Of a DNA stretch of 64,000 bases, positions 19,653 through 29,149 are shown piece by piece. A program made the position numbers and the translations under genes. How positions within the stretch are numbered: position 1 is the first letter of the stretch; every line of letters starts with the position of its first letter. Below the pieces are notes generated by a model. The model was given only the letters and a program-made list of their open reading frames with translations, made no database searches and was not told the DNA's origin. Source of the stretch: Candidatus Dormiibacterota bacterium (GTDB taxonomy: Bacteria > Chloroflexota > Dormibacteria > Aeolococcales > Aeolococcaceae); assembly GCA_963709585.1 (NCBI GenBank), contig CAVPXI010000004.1, positions 256,001 through 320,000 of the forward strand, given 5' to 3'.

Positions 19653-19904
19653 ATGACGAGAGTGAAGGTGAGCCTTTCGCTCGATCCACTTCTGATGCGC
19701 GATGTCGACGCGTTCGTCGAGGCGCATAAAGACACTGATCGCAGCAAGGTGGTCGATGACGCATTACAACTCTGGGCAGCCGCACAGCAACGCTCAGCTA
19801 TGGAACTCCAGTTTGCGGACGAAGGGGATACAGATCCGATGGAACTGGACGCCTGGCACAGGGTCCGGCGTGAGGCGGCGCGTCGCAGGCTGAGACGCAC
19901 CTGA
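19653..19904 (+). CDS. ribbon-helix-helix antitoxin
   Basis: MTRVKVSLSLDPLLMRDVD...DRSKVVDDAL; directly upstream of the PemK toxin; TACCAT -10 box 7 nt before ATG. Confidence 0.85.
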   Translation: MTRVKVSLSLDPLLMRDVDAFVEAHKDTDRSKVVDDALQLWAAAQQRSAMELQFADEGDTDPMELDAWHRVRREAARRRLRRT

Positions 19905-20281
19905 GTCGGCGAGCCCCTCGACGTGCGCGCAAGCCACGTCGCGGCGAGGTCTGGTACGTTTTCACACCCGGCCAACCAGATGATCCGCACCAACCTCGGC
20001 CGGCGCTTGTCGTCTCCGAGAATGTACGGAACACGATTCGCGACGACCTGATCGTGGTCCCGATGTTTTCGCGCGGACGAGCCGGGCCGACCCGCGTTCC
20101 TCTTGCGGCCGGAGCCGGGAGCGTGCCCTTCGACAGCATCCTGTTCTGCGAAGAGATAACGACGATCGATAACGACTTTCTGGCGAGCGGTCCACTGGGA
20201 GCGCCGTTGGACGGTCATCGAATGGACGAGGTTGTCAGGGCGATACGCAGGGCCATTGGGGAAGTCGTCCCCGAGCCGTAG
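19901..20281 (+). CDS. PemK/MazF-family toxin (CTG start proposed)
   Basis: PRRGEVWYV...PRPALVVS...LIVVP...SILFCEEITTID; the frame is open from 19874 with no ATG/GTG/TTG before 20054. Confidence 0.88.
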   Translation: MSRRAPRRARKPRRGEVWYVFTPGQPDDPHQPRPALVVSENVRNTIRDDLIVVPMFSRGRAGPTRVPLAAGAGSVPFDSILFCEEITTIDNDFLASGPLGAPLDGHRMDEVVRAIRRAIGEVVPEP

Positions 20282-20335
20282 CGCCAACGCGAGGAGATGG
20301 CAACCGAAACAAATAGCCAGCGCTCCGCCGATGCG

Positions 20336-20995
20336 TCAGACCAGGCCGCGCTGGTACGCGTAGCGCACCGCCTGCGCGCGGTCCCGCACGCCGGTCTTCG
20401 AAAAGATGCGGTTGATGTGAGTCTTGACGGTCGCGTTGCTGAGGAACAGCGACGTCGCGATCTCGCCGTTTGAGAGGCCGGCCGCGATCAGCTTGAGGAC
20501 CTCCGCTTCACGCCGGCTCAGGTCGTCAGGAAGCGCCTGAACCTGTTCAGGCGCAACACGTGGAGTTTCGAGAACAGCGGCCACGAGGCGTTGCTGGACC
20601 GCCGGGTCGAGGTGGGTCCGCCCCGCGGCGAGCGCCCTGATCGCGCGCTCGATCTCCTCGGCGTCGGCGTCCTTGGTCAGGTAACCGTGGGCGCCGGCTT
20701 CGAGCGCAGGAAACAGCGACTCGTCGTCGGCATATGTCGTCAGCACCAGCACCTGCGTGGCGGGAAGGGCGGCGCGGATCCGCCGCGTGGCCTCGGCTCC
20801 GTCCATGCCGGGCATGCGAAGGTCCATGAGCACGACGTCAGGGCGCTCGCGCTCCGCGCACTGCACCGCCTCCACCCCGTCGCCGGCGGTACCCACGACG
20901 TCGACACCGTCGATCAGGCCAACGATCATCGTCAGCCCTTCACGTACGACCCGTTGGTCGTCAGCGATCAGCACCCGGATCGCCACGTCGGTCAC
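20336..20995 (-). CDS. NarL/LuxR-family response regulator
   Basis: IRVLIADDQ, VVLMDLRMP, GYLTKD, LSRREAEVL...TVKTHI. Confidence 0.95.
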   Translation of the reverse strand: MTDVAIRVLIADDQRVVREGLTMIVGLIDGVDVVGTAGDGVEAVQCAERERPDVVLMDLRMPGMDGAEATRRIRAALPATQVLVLTTYADDESLFPALEAGAHGYLTKDADAEEIERAIRALAAGRTHLDPAVQQRLVAAVLETPRVAPEQVQALPDDLSRREAEVLKLIAAGLSNGEIATSLFLSNATVKTHINRIFSKTGVRDRAQAVRYAYQRGLV

Positions 20996-22258
20996 TTCGG
21001 CAGGACCAGCTCGACGCGCCAGCCGTTCTCGGTCGGCCCAGCCGCGGCGCTGCCGCCGACCCGTTCGATGCGCTCGCGCATCCCGGCCAGTCCCCTGCCA
21101 CCGCCGACGCCCTGCAAGCCCTCGCGAGTTCGATGATTCCCCCGACTGCGGGAGGTGGTTCTCAATGCTCAGCACGGTTCGATCGTTGTCGTAGTGAAGC
21201 AGCAGGGTGGTGGTTGCCCCGGGCGCGTAGCGCGCGATGTTGGTCAGCGCTTCCTGAGCTCCCCTGTACAGCGCGAGGCTTGCCTCCGCTGGGAGCTTGC
21301 GCTCACTCCCTTCGATACGCAGTGAGGCATTCACTGCGGTGTCGTCACGGAACGCCGTCACGAGAGATTCGAGTTGCCCGACGCCGGGCAGCTCATCGCC
21401 GCGGAGTGCGCCGACGGCCTCCCTGGCGTTGGCGAGGCCGCCTTTCACCAATTCGCCGGCGCGGTCGATCGCGTTGCGTACCGGAGGCGCTGCCTGTTCC
21501 CGTTCGGCGAGCTTTCGCGCTGCCTGGAGCTGGATCGCCGCGCCCGACAGCGAGTGGGCGAGAACATCGTGCAACTCGGTGGCGATCCGGCCGCGCTCGG
21601 CCACCGCGGCAGCTCGCGTCTGCTCTTCGCGCGCATCCTCGAGCTGGGCGAGGAGCAGCTCGGTGTGGTCCTGGCTTGAGCGTGACTGCTTGATGAAGTA
21701 CGCAACCAGACCGAGCAGGGCGAGGAGCAGTGTGGTGGGGAGGATGGTTGTCGACGAGCTCCCGGTGAGCGCCTCGGCGGCGTCCAGTGCGATCGCCGTG
21801 CCGGCACTGATCGCGACGCCGAGCGCCAGAGGCAAGCGGGCAACCGCCATCCATACCGCCACGCCGCCCGCGAGCTCGTTCGCGCTCTGCGGCTGCAGCG
21901 CGGCCAACGCAACGCCGCTTGTGGCCATCGCCACGATGACCGCTGCCTGAAACGCAGTGCCGCGGTCGGCATACCAGTGCCCTATCGCGAGCGCGAGCAA
22001 TCCCGCAAACGCGATCAGCGCGAGCGTGACTCCGAGCGGCTTGCCCTGCAGACCCGGGTGAGGGTTCGCGCCGAAGGCACCGAACGCCACGACGACGATC
22101 GCGGTCCATCCCAGCGGTCGCAACAGGTCCCGCTGGCGACGAACCCGCTGGTCGGCGCGCTCGTGCGCCGCGGCGATCCGCCGGCTCTCACCCTCCGCGG
22201 TGGCGGGTCCGAAGCTCGCGGTTCCAGGCGCTTGATTCGAGGGCATATGCGGGGCCAT
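20992..22258 (-). CDS. HisKA_3 membrane sensor kinase (one +1 indel near 21129)
   Basis: TM segments, ERGRIATELHDVLAHSL, QEALTNIARYA; after the shift GRGLAGMRERIERVGG...LPK* overlaps the regulator GTG. Confidence 0.92.
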
Positions 22259-22328
22259 GTGCGTGCAGACGATAAGCGCCCCCGGCCCGAACTCGTGGGA
22301 CCGGAGGCGCCGGATTCCGCGCCAGCGC

Positions 22329-22856
22329 TCAGGCGGCCGAACCGACTGCGATCGCGCGCGGCTGGGCGCCGTACTGGAGGCGGCGGCCGCGGAGTTGCAC
22401 CGTCACCACGCGAATGGTGACTTCGCAGATCGCCATCGAGACAAGCGCGACGGGCCAGGCAGCAGCGCTGATCTGGTGGGCGATGCTGAAGCTACGGATC
22501 GCGGGCTCGGCGCCGTGGGTGACCACGAATGCGAAGACGATCCGCGAGGAGATTCCGGCAACGAGGAGTGCACCGGCCACCCATCCGACGCGAGCCAGCG
22601 CGAAGCCTTCCCTACCGGCGCGGACATGGGTCGCAAACCCGCTCAGAAGACCGAGCGACACGCCGGCGGTCGCCAGCGCGCCGATGAGGAGGAGGTCGTT
22701 GCCGGTGGTTGGAATGGTGTGGAGGTACTGCTGTGCGACGAAGAACACCATCACCAGCGGAATCACCAGTGCACGCCGATCCAGCCTGCGCTCACGGGCC
22801 TGCTTGATGACCAGGAGGATGAACGCTGCGTTGATGAGGTAGTCAGTGATCGACAT
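22329..22856 (-). CDS. DUF1453/CcdC-like membrane protein
   Basis: Multiple TM segments, PTTGND motif; sits ahead of the NarL-type two-component system, a common actinobacterial arrangement. Confidence 0.7.
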   Translation of the reverse strand: MSITDYLINAAFILLVIKQARERRLDRRALVIPLVMVFFVAQQYLHTIPTTGNDLLLIGALATAGVSLGLLSGFATHVRAGREGFALARVGWVAGALLVAGISSRIVFAFVVTHGAEPAIRSFSIAHQISAAAWPVALVSMAICEVTIRVVTVQLRGRRLQYGAQPRAIAVGSAA

Positions 22857-22963
22857 CGGGGCTCCTTCAGCTTCTGGGGTTCTTGTCCGAATGGACACCC
22901 CGAATCATTCCGTTGCTCGACGACGGCGTCGTCGGCCCGTGGATGGGAATTTCGGGAGCCTGA

Positions 22964-22994
22964 TCAACCCCGGCGGTCAACCCGTGGGTTGACC
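22964..22994. promoter_or_regulatory. 7-2-7 inverted repeat plus an extra half-site, likely response-regulator operator
   Basis: GGTCAACCC-GT-GGGTTGACC at 22975-22994 and TCAACCC at 22964-22970. Confidence 0.7.
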
Positions 22995-23034
22995 AGCGGG
23001 AGGTGACCTCCGGACAATCAGACGAGGCTGTCCC

Positions 23035-24072
23035 TCAACCGCCGGTGGTCGTTAAGTCGAGCTGAGCCCACTTCGATCCGAACAGCGCCCAGACGTGCAC
23101 GGGTTGCGCGACGAATTGGTTGCCCGGCGTCGCTGACCCGAATATCAGCAGCCGGCCGCTGCTCACGTCGCTGATCTCCGCGACCGGCTCGACCGGAAGC
23201 GGGGCGACATTCACCAGTGCCCATGTCCGTCCGGTCCATGACGCCAGGGCCGGCAGGGCCAGCACCGAGCCGCAGTTGCAAAGCGTCACATGCCCGGTGG
23301 ATGGATCCAGCGCGAGCGCGGAACCCGGAAGCGGCGCGGCGGTGCCGGCGATCTGCAACCAGCGCTGCCCGTCCCAGCGCCACGTGGTGTCGAGCGCCCC
23401 AAGCGGGGACTGCGGTACGTAGCAACATCCCTCTGCGATCAGTGACTGGGTGATCGGATCGAATGCCATCGGAAGGTCGAACGCACTGGGGGCGACAGCA
23501 CCGTGAATCTCCGGTTGCCAGCGGGTGCAACTCCAGACCCACGTTTGATCGCCTCCGGGCGCGCTCCCCGCGTCGGTGACCAGCACCATCTCACTCAGCG
23601 CGTCGTCCCACACCATCGACGCCCCCTCGCCAGGAGTCGCGCCGCCGGTCCCCCCGTCAAGCTCGCGCCAGGTCGCTCCGTTCCACGCCCACGTGTCGTT
23701 CAGCGACGGGCCGCCGTTGAAGGGTGCGTGCCGGCCGCCGAAGAGCAGGACCTGCTTGGTCTGCGGATCGTATGCGCCCGCAGCGTCGATGCGGCCCGGC
23801 GGAGCTCGTGGCCGGCCTGGCGAGCGCCCAGTGACCGCCGCTCCATGTCCAGGTGTTGTCGTAGTTGTCCACGCCCCCAAAGAGCACCACCTGGGAGCTC
23901 GAGGGGTCGTCCGCGATGGTGAAGCCGATTCCCGAGATCGGTCCCCGAGGGATTGGAGTCGGCGCCGGCGCCGGGGCCGGCGCGGAGCCGGCGGACGCTG
24001 CGCTGTCGAAATCGCGACACCAGCAACCGCCGCGACTGCGACCACCGCCACGAGCACCGTCGAAGACCTCAC
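23035..24072 (-). CDS. secreted Kelch-like beta-propeller protein (two compensating indels at ~23983 and ~23804)
   Basis: Signal peptide; repeats of D..VVLFGG...DTWxWxG..W; the first repeat lies in a shifted frame. Confidence 0.8.
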   Translation of the reverse strand: MRSSTVLVAVVAVAAVAGVAISTAQRPPAPRRPRRRRRLQSLGDRSRESASPSRTTPRAPRWCSLGAWTTTTTPGHGAAVTGRSPGRPRAPPGRIDAAGAYDPQTKQVLLFGGRHAPFNGGPSLNDTWAWNGATWRELDGGTGGATPGEGASMVWDDALSEMVLVTDAGSAPGGDQTWVWSCTRWQPEIHGAVAPSAFDLPMAFDPITQSLIAEGCCYVPQSPLGALDTTWRWDGQRWLQIAGTAAPLPGSALALDPSTGHVTLCNCGSVLALPALASWTGRTWALVNVAPLPVEPVAEISDVSSGRLLIFGSATPGNQFVAQPVHVWALFGSKWAQLDLTTTGG

Positions 24073-24258
24073 GTGGGTGCGCTACCTGGTTGCCCTGCTC
24101 ATGCTCACGCCGTCCATCCTCCCAGTGTTCGCGGATGTACAGTGGTCTGAACGTTCTCGGGGCGAGAATCGTTGACACCGTGGAGCGCGTGCAACTCCGG
24201 CCAGCGTCGGCTCTGCGATCACCACGGTCACAGACGCAGGCCCGTTCGGAGGCGAGCA

Positions 24259-24753
24259 GTGAGATATCAGGTTCGCGAGAAACTCTTCCGGCTCGGCGAG
24301 GACAACGACATCCTCGACGAGGCGGGCCAACCCGTGTATCAGGTTGACGGCAAGGTGTTCAGCCTGCAGGGTCTGATGCTTGTCAACGACCTTTCGGGCA
24401 ACGAAGTTGGACGGGTCAGCCGGAAGCTCATGGCGTTGCTGGCGACCTACGACATCACGCTCACCGGTGGCGTCAACGCAGAGGTGCATCAGCGATTTTC
24501 CGGCCCGTTCCATCCCAAATGGACCATCTCCGTCGCGGGCGGCTCCGACCTCGAGATGACCGGAAACTTCGGGGGACACGACTTCCTCCTCACCGAGAAC
24601 GGTCAGACCGTCGCCACCGTCTCCAAAGCCTGGATCAGCCTTGCCAACTCGTACGGCGTCGATATCGTTGACGGGCAGAACGACCTGCTCATCCTCTGCA
24701 GCGTCCTGGCGCTCGAGTTGGAGCAGGACAGGAGCCAGTCGCACAACCGCTGA
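24259..24753 (+). CDS. LURP-one-related / tubby C-terminal-like protein
   Basis: YQVREKLFRLGED, VDGKVFS, VSKAWISLANSYGVDI; GGAGG RBS. Confidence 0.85.
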   Translation: MRYQVREKLFRLGEDNDILDEAGQPVYQVDGKVFSLQGLMLVNDLSGNEVGRVSRKLMALLATYDITLTGGVNAEVHQRFSGPFHPKWTISVAGGSDLEMTGNFGGHDFLLTENGQTVATVSKAWISLANSYGVDIVDGQNDLLILCSVLALELEQDRSQSHNR

Positions 24754-24813
24754 TGACCTCGAAGGCGCTGGCCTCAGCGGGATTGGAGGGCGTCTGTCGG
24801 ACAGTCTCGGGTC

Positions 24814-24844
24814 CGAACATCCGTTCTGTGTGGGATGCTAAAAT
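24814..24844 (+). promoter_or_regulatory. LexA (Cheo) box plus extended -10 promoter of lhr
   Basis: CGAAC-ATCC-GTTCT at 24814-24827; TGcTAAAAT at 24836-24844. Confidence 0.75.
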
Positions 24845-24856
24845 CATAGGTCCCAG

Positions 24857-27800
24857 ATGAGCGATATGAGTACCTTCCACCCCGCGGTGCGGGCCTGGTT
24901 CGAGCGGCGGTTTCCCGAGGGTCCGACCCCCGCGCAACGTGAGGGCTGGCCGGAGATCGCCGCAGGCAGGAACACGCTGATCGCCGCGCCGACCGGCTCG
25001 GGCAAGACGCTCGCGGGGTTCCTCGTCTGCATCGATGCGCTGTACCGCGCCGCGGATCGCGGCGAGGTGGTCGAGGGGACAACCCAGGTCGTGTACGTCT
25101 CGCCGTTGAAGGCACTCGCGGTTGACGTCCAGCAGAACCTGGAGACACCGCTTCGCGAGATCGCTGAGATTGGAGCGGAGATGGGGATGACCTTGCCCAC
25201 CCTCCGGGCCGAGGTGCGCACCGGTGACACCACACAGTCGATGCGCGCCGCGATGATCAAGCGCCCGCCGAATTTCCTGGTGACGACACCCGAATCCCTC
25301 TACCTGCTCGTGACCGCGCAGCGCAGCCGGGCCGCCCTGACCACGGTGACGACCATCATCGTCGACGAGATCCACGCGGTCGCCCGCGACAAACGCGGCT
25401 CTCACCTTGCGGTCACGCTCGAGCGTCTCGAGCGTCTGTGCGCGGGGCCGCCGGTGCGCATCGGGCTGTCGGCAACGCAGCGACCGATCGAGACGGTTGC
25501 GCGGTTGCTGGTCGGCGCCGGCTCTTCACGGAGCAATCCTGACGGCAGTCCGCGCTGCGCCATCGTCGATGTCGGCCACCGCCGCGCACTTGATGTCGCG
25601 ATCGAGTTGCCGTCGGGTGAGCTCGAGGCGGTCGCGTCACGCGAGCAACTCGGCGAGGTGCTCGACGCCATCGCCGCGCACGTACGTGCGCACCGCACCA
25701 CCCTCATCTTCGTCAACACGCGGCGGATGGCCGAGCGCGTCGCCCATCTGCTCGCCGAGCGGCTCGGTGACGATGCGGTGGCGGCGCACCACGGGAGCCT
25801 ATCGAGGGATCGTCGTCAGCGTGTCGAATCGCAGCTGCGCGCCGGTGAGCTTAGAGCGCTGGTTGCGACCGCATCACTTGAGCTGGGCATCGACATCGGA
25901 CCCATCGAGATGGTGTGCCAGATCGCCTCGCCACGCAGCATCGCGACCTTCCTGCAGCGAGTCGGTCGCTCCGGCCACAGCCGGGGTGGTATGCCAAAGG
26001 GCCGTCTGTACCCGATGACGCGGGACGAGCTGGTCGAGTGCACGGCGCTGCTCGCGGGCGTGAGAAGCGGAGCGCTCGACGCGGTGCACCCACCGCTGCT
26101 CCCCCTCGACATCCTCGCGCAGCAGATCATCGCCGAGTGCGCGGCCGACAGCTGGCGCGAGGACGATCTCTTCGAGCTGATGCGCAAGGCGGCGCCGTTT
26201 GCCGAGCTGACGCGCGACGACTTCGACCGCGTCGTCGAGCTGGCGTCCGACGGCATTCCCACCGGGCGCGGCAGGGTCGCGGCTTACCTGCATCGGGATC
26301 AGATCAACGGCGAGGTCCGTGCGCGCCGCGGCGCGCGTCTGGCGGCGCTGACGTCTGGAGGGGCGATCCCCGAGACCGGCGACTACCGAGTGCTCGCTGA
26401 ACCCGATGACACCTTCATCGGCACGGTCAACGAGGACTGGGCGATCAAGTCGTCGGCCGGTGACATCTTCCTGCTCGGCAGCACGTCGTGGAAGATCCGG
26501 CGCGTGGTCGCGGGGACGGTGCGCGTCGTCGATGCGCACGGTGCGCCCCCGTCGGTTCCCTTCTGGCTCGGCGAGGCGCCGGCGCGCACGGAGGAGCTGT
26601 CACGCGAGGTGTCGGACCTCCGCAGTGGGGTGGATGCTCTGCTCGCGGAGGGCGGCGCCGACGAGGCGATCTCGTGGGTCGAGCAGCGAGCCGGGGTCGA
26701 CAACGACGTCGCCGCGATGGTGGTTCGTTACCTGGCGGCGGGTCGCACCGCACTCGGTGTGGTGCCGACTCTCGAGCACATTGTTCTGGAGCGATTCTTC
26801 GATGACAGCGGCGGCATGCAGCTGGTCGTGCACGCACCGTTCGGCGGCCGGGTGAACCGGGCGCTCGGTCTCGCCTTGCGAAAGCGATTCTGCGCGACGT
26901 TCGACTTCGAGTTGCAGGCGGCGGCAAGTGACGACTGTGTGCTGCTCTCGCTCGGTCCGCAGCACAGTTTTCCGCTCGAGGACGTTCCGAAGTTCCTGTC
27001 CTCGAACACCGTGGAGGAGGTGCTCCGGAAGGCGGCGATCTTCGCACCGATGTGGGCGGTCCGCTGGCGCTGGAACCTCAATCGATCGCTCACCGTGCTC
27101 CGCTTCAAAGGCGGCCGCAAGAACCCGGCGCCGATACAGCGCCTCGAATCCGACGACATCATGGGCGCGGTGTTTCCGCAGCTGGTGGCGTGCCAGAACG
27201 AGAATCCGACGGGACCAGTCGAGCCACCCGACCATCCGCTCGTCAATCAGACCATGCATGACTGCCTGCACGAGGTGATGGACGTGGACTCGCTGCGCGA
27301 GCTGGTCGCGCGCATCGAGCGAAAGGAAGTCGAGATCAATTTCCGCGACACTGTGGAGCCGTCGCCGCTCGCACACGAGATCGTGAACGGCAGGCCCTAT
27401 ACGTTTCTCGACGACGCCCCGCTTGAGGAGCGGCGAAGCCGGGCCATCACCCTGCGTCGCGGTCTCCCGGTCGAGGCGCGCGACCTCGCCGCCCTCGACC
27501 CCGATGCCGTCGCGCGGGTGCGCGCCGAGGCAGCCCCGGAGCCACGCGATCACGACGAGCTGCACGACCTCCTGATCGCGCTGGTGGTGACGAGGGCTGT
27601 CCCGTCGTGGGCCGGCTGGTTCGACGAGCTCGTTGAACGTGGCCGGGCGCTCACGGTCACCAACGAGTCCCAGGTGTTCTGGTGCGCGACCGAACGCGCG
27701 TCGGGCGTCGAGGTACTCTGGCCGGGGGCCACGTTGGCGCCGCGCCCGGGTGTGCTGCCGCGAGCGCTTGGCGGAGCATCGCTGGACCGCGACGCACTCA

Positions 27801-29113
27801 TCGCGGCGATCCTGCGCGGCCATCTCGAAGTGACTGGACCGATGACCGCCGATGCACTGTCGGCGCGCACCGGCCTGCGTGCATCAGAGGTGGCGATCGG
27901 GCTCGCGGCCATCGAGGGCGAAGGGTTCGTCATCCGCGGTCACTTCGATCCGGGGACCAGCGACGACCAGTGGTGTGCGCGGCGCCTGCTTGTTCGCATT
28001 CACAGCTATACGCAGCAACGGTTGCGCCGGGAGATCGAACCGGTCACGGCCCAGGATTTCGTGCGCTTCCTGCTTCGCTGGCAACGCGTTGCACCCGGGA
28101 CGCAGCGCGAGGGCCGCGCCGGTGTCGCCGCGACCATCGCGCAGCTTCAGGGCTTCGAGATTCCTGCCGGCGTGTGGGAGGAGACCGTGCTGCCGAGCCG
28201 CGTGGCCGGCTACCGCAGCGCCTGGCTCGACGAGCTGTGCATGTCGGGAGAGGTGGCGTGGGCGCGCCTCCGGGTCCGTGACGATCCCGGCGCGGGGTCG
28301 CCGCCGCGAAGCAGCTCGTCAGCGTCGCGGGCAACCCCGGTGACGCTGGTGATGCGGTCGGATCTCCCGTGGTTGCTCCAGTCGGTGCGCGGCGAGGCGC
28401 AGCCTCTGGAGCCGATCTCGGGCGCGACCCTCGATGTCCTCGACGCGCTCCGCGAGCACGGCGCGCTGTTCACGAGCGACATCGTCACGCTTGCGCGCAG
28501 GCTTCCCAGTGAGGTCGAGGCGGCACTGTGGGACGGCGTCTCCCGCGGCTTGCTCACCGCCGACGGATTCAGCGCTGTCCGCCGCCTGCTCGTGAGCCGC
28601 CGCTTGGGCTCCCGTCCCCACCACCGCGGACTGCGCCACGGGGTGAGCGGCTATTCGTCAGGCGAAGGCAGGTGGTCGCTGATCCCTCGAGTGGCGTCGG
28701 TGGCCGAGCACGACGCCCTCGCCGAGGCGATCGCCGAGCAGTTGCTGGTCCGCTGGGGAGTCGTGTTCCGCGACGTCGTCGCCCGTGAAACCATCGCGCT
28801 GCCCTGGCGCGATGTGGTCTGGGCCCTGCGCCGCATGGAAGCGCGCGGCACCGCGCGCGGCGGACGATTCGTCACCGGTTTTGCCGGCGAGCAATTCGCG
28901 CTGCCGGAATCGGTCGATCAGCTGCGCAGCGTGCGCCGGCGCGAGCGCTCGTCGGAGGTGGTACGCATCTCCGCGACCGATCCGCTGAATGTGGCCGGCA
29001 TCCTGCTTCCCGGTCCGCGCATCACCTCGGTGCGAACCAACACAGTCGTCTTCGAGGACGGGGTGCCGGTCACCAGCGTGGACACCGCCTTCGCAGCGGT
29101 CGCCTCGCACTGA
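24857..29113 (+). CDS. lhr: Lhr-family large DEAD/H helicase
   Basis: APTGSGKT, TTPES, DEIH, LSAT, HHGSL, SLELGID, QRVGRSGH, C-terminal RGGRFVTG. Confidence 0.95.
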   Translation: MSDMSTFHPAVRAWFERRFPEGPTPAQREGWPEIAAGRNTLIAAPTGSGKTLAGFLVCIDALYRAADRGEVVEGTTQVVYVSPLKALAVDVQQNLETPLREIAEIGAEMGMTLPTLRAEVRTGDTTQSMRAAMIKRPPNFLVTTPESLYLLVTAQRSRAALTTVTTIIVDEIHAVARDKRGSHLAVTLERLERLCAGPPVRIGLSATQRPIETVARLLVGAGSSRSNPDGSPRCAIVDVGHRRALDVAIELPSGELEAVASREQLGEVLDAIAAHVRAHRTTLIFVNTRRMAERVAHLLAERLGDDAVAAHHGSLSRDRRQRVESQLRAGELRALVATASLELGIDIGPIEMVCQIASPRSIATFLQRVGRSGHSRGGMPKGRLYPMTRDELVECTALLAGVRSGALDAVHPPLLPLDILAQQIIAECAADSWREDDLFELMRKAAPFAELTRDDFDRVVELASDGIPTGRGRVAAYLHRDQINGEVRARRGARLAALTSGGAIPETGDYRVLAEPDDTFIGTVNEDWAIKSSAGDIFLLGSTSWKIRRVVAGTVRVVDAHGAPPSVPFWLGEAPARTEELSREVSDLRSGVDALLAEGGADEAISWVEQRAGVDNDVAAMVVRYLAAGRTALGVVPTLEHIVLERFFDDSGGMQLVVHAPFGGRVNRALGLALRKRFCATFDFELQAAASDDCVLLSLGPQHSFPLEDVPKFLSSNTVEEVLRKAAIFAPMWAVRWRWNLNRSLTVLRFKGGRKNPAPIQRLESDDIMGAVFPQLVACQNENPTGPVEPPDHPLVNQTMHDCLHEVMDVDSLRELVARIERKEVEINFRDTVEPSPLAHEIVNGRPYTFLDDAPLEERRSRAITLRRGLPVEARDLAALDPDAVARVRAEAAPEPRDHDELHDLLIALVVTRAVPSWAGWFDELVERGRALTVTNESQVFWCATERASGVEVLWPGATLAPRPGVLPRALGGASLDRDALIAAILRGHLEVTGPMTADALSARTGLRASEVAIGLAAIEGEGFVIRGHFDPGTSDDQWCARRLLVRIHSYTQQRLRREIEPVTAQDFVRFLLRWQRVAPGTQREGRAGVAATIAQLQGFEIPAGVWEETVLPSRVAGYRSAWLDELCMSGEVAWARLRVRDDPGAGSPPRSSSSASRATPVTLVMRSDLPWLLQSVRGEAQPLEPISGATLDVLDALREHGALFTSDIVTLARRLPSEVEAALWDGVSRGLLTADGFSAVRRLLVSRRLGSRPHHRGLRHGVSGYSSGEGRWSLIPRVASVAEHDALAEAIAEQLLVRWGVVFRDVVARETIALPWRDVVWALRRMEARGTARGGRFVTGFAGEQFALPESVDQLRSVRRRERSSEVVRISATDPLNVAGILLPGPRITSVRTNTVVFEDGVPVTSVDTAFAAVASH

Positions 29114-29149
29114 GTTCAGCGCCCGGGGTCACGGACCGACAGGTCCTCG

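Noticed and set aside
20336-22258. 640-aa kinase-response regulator fusion in the ORF track
   Set aside because: The kinase G-box (GLAGMRER) is out of frame; removing one base gives two normal genes with a GTGA overlap
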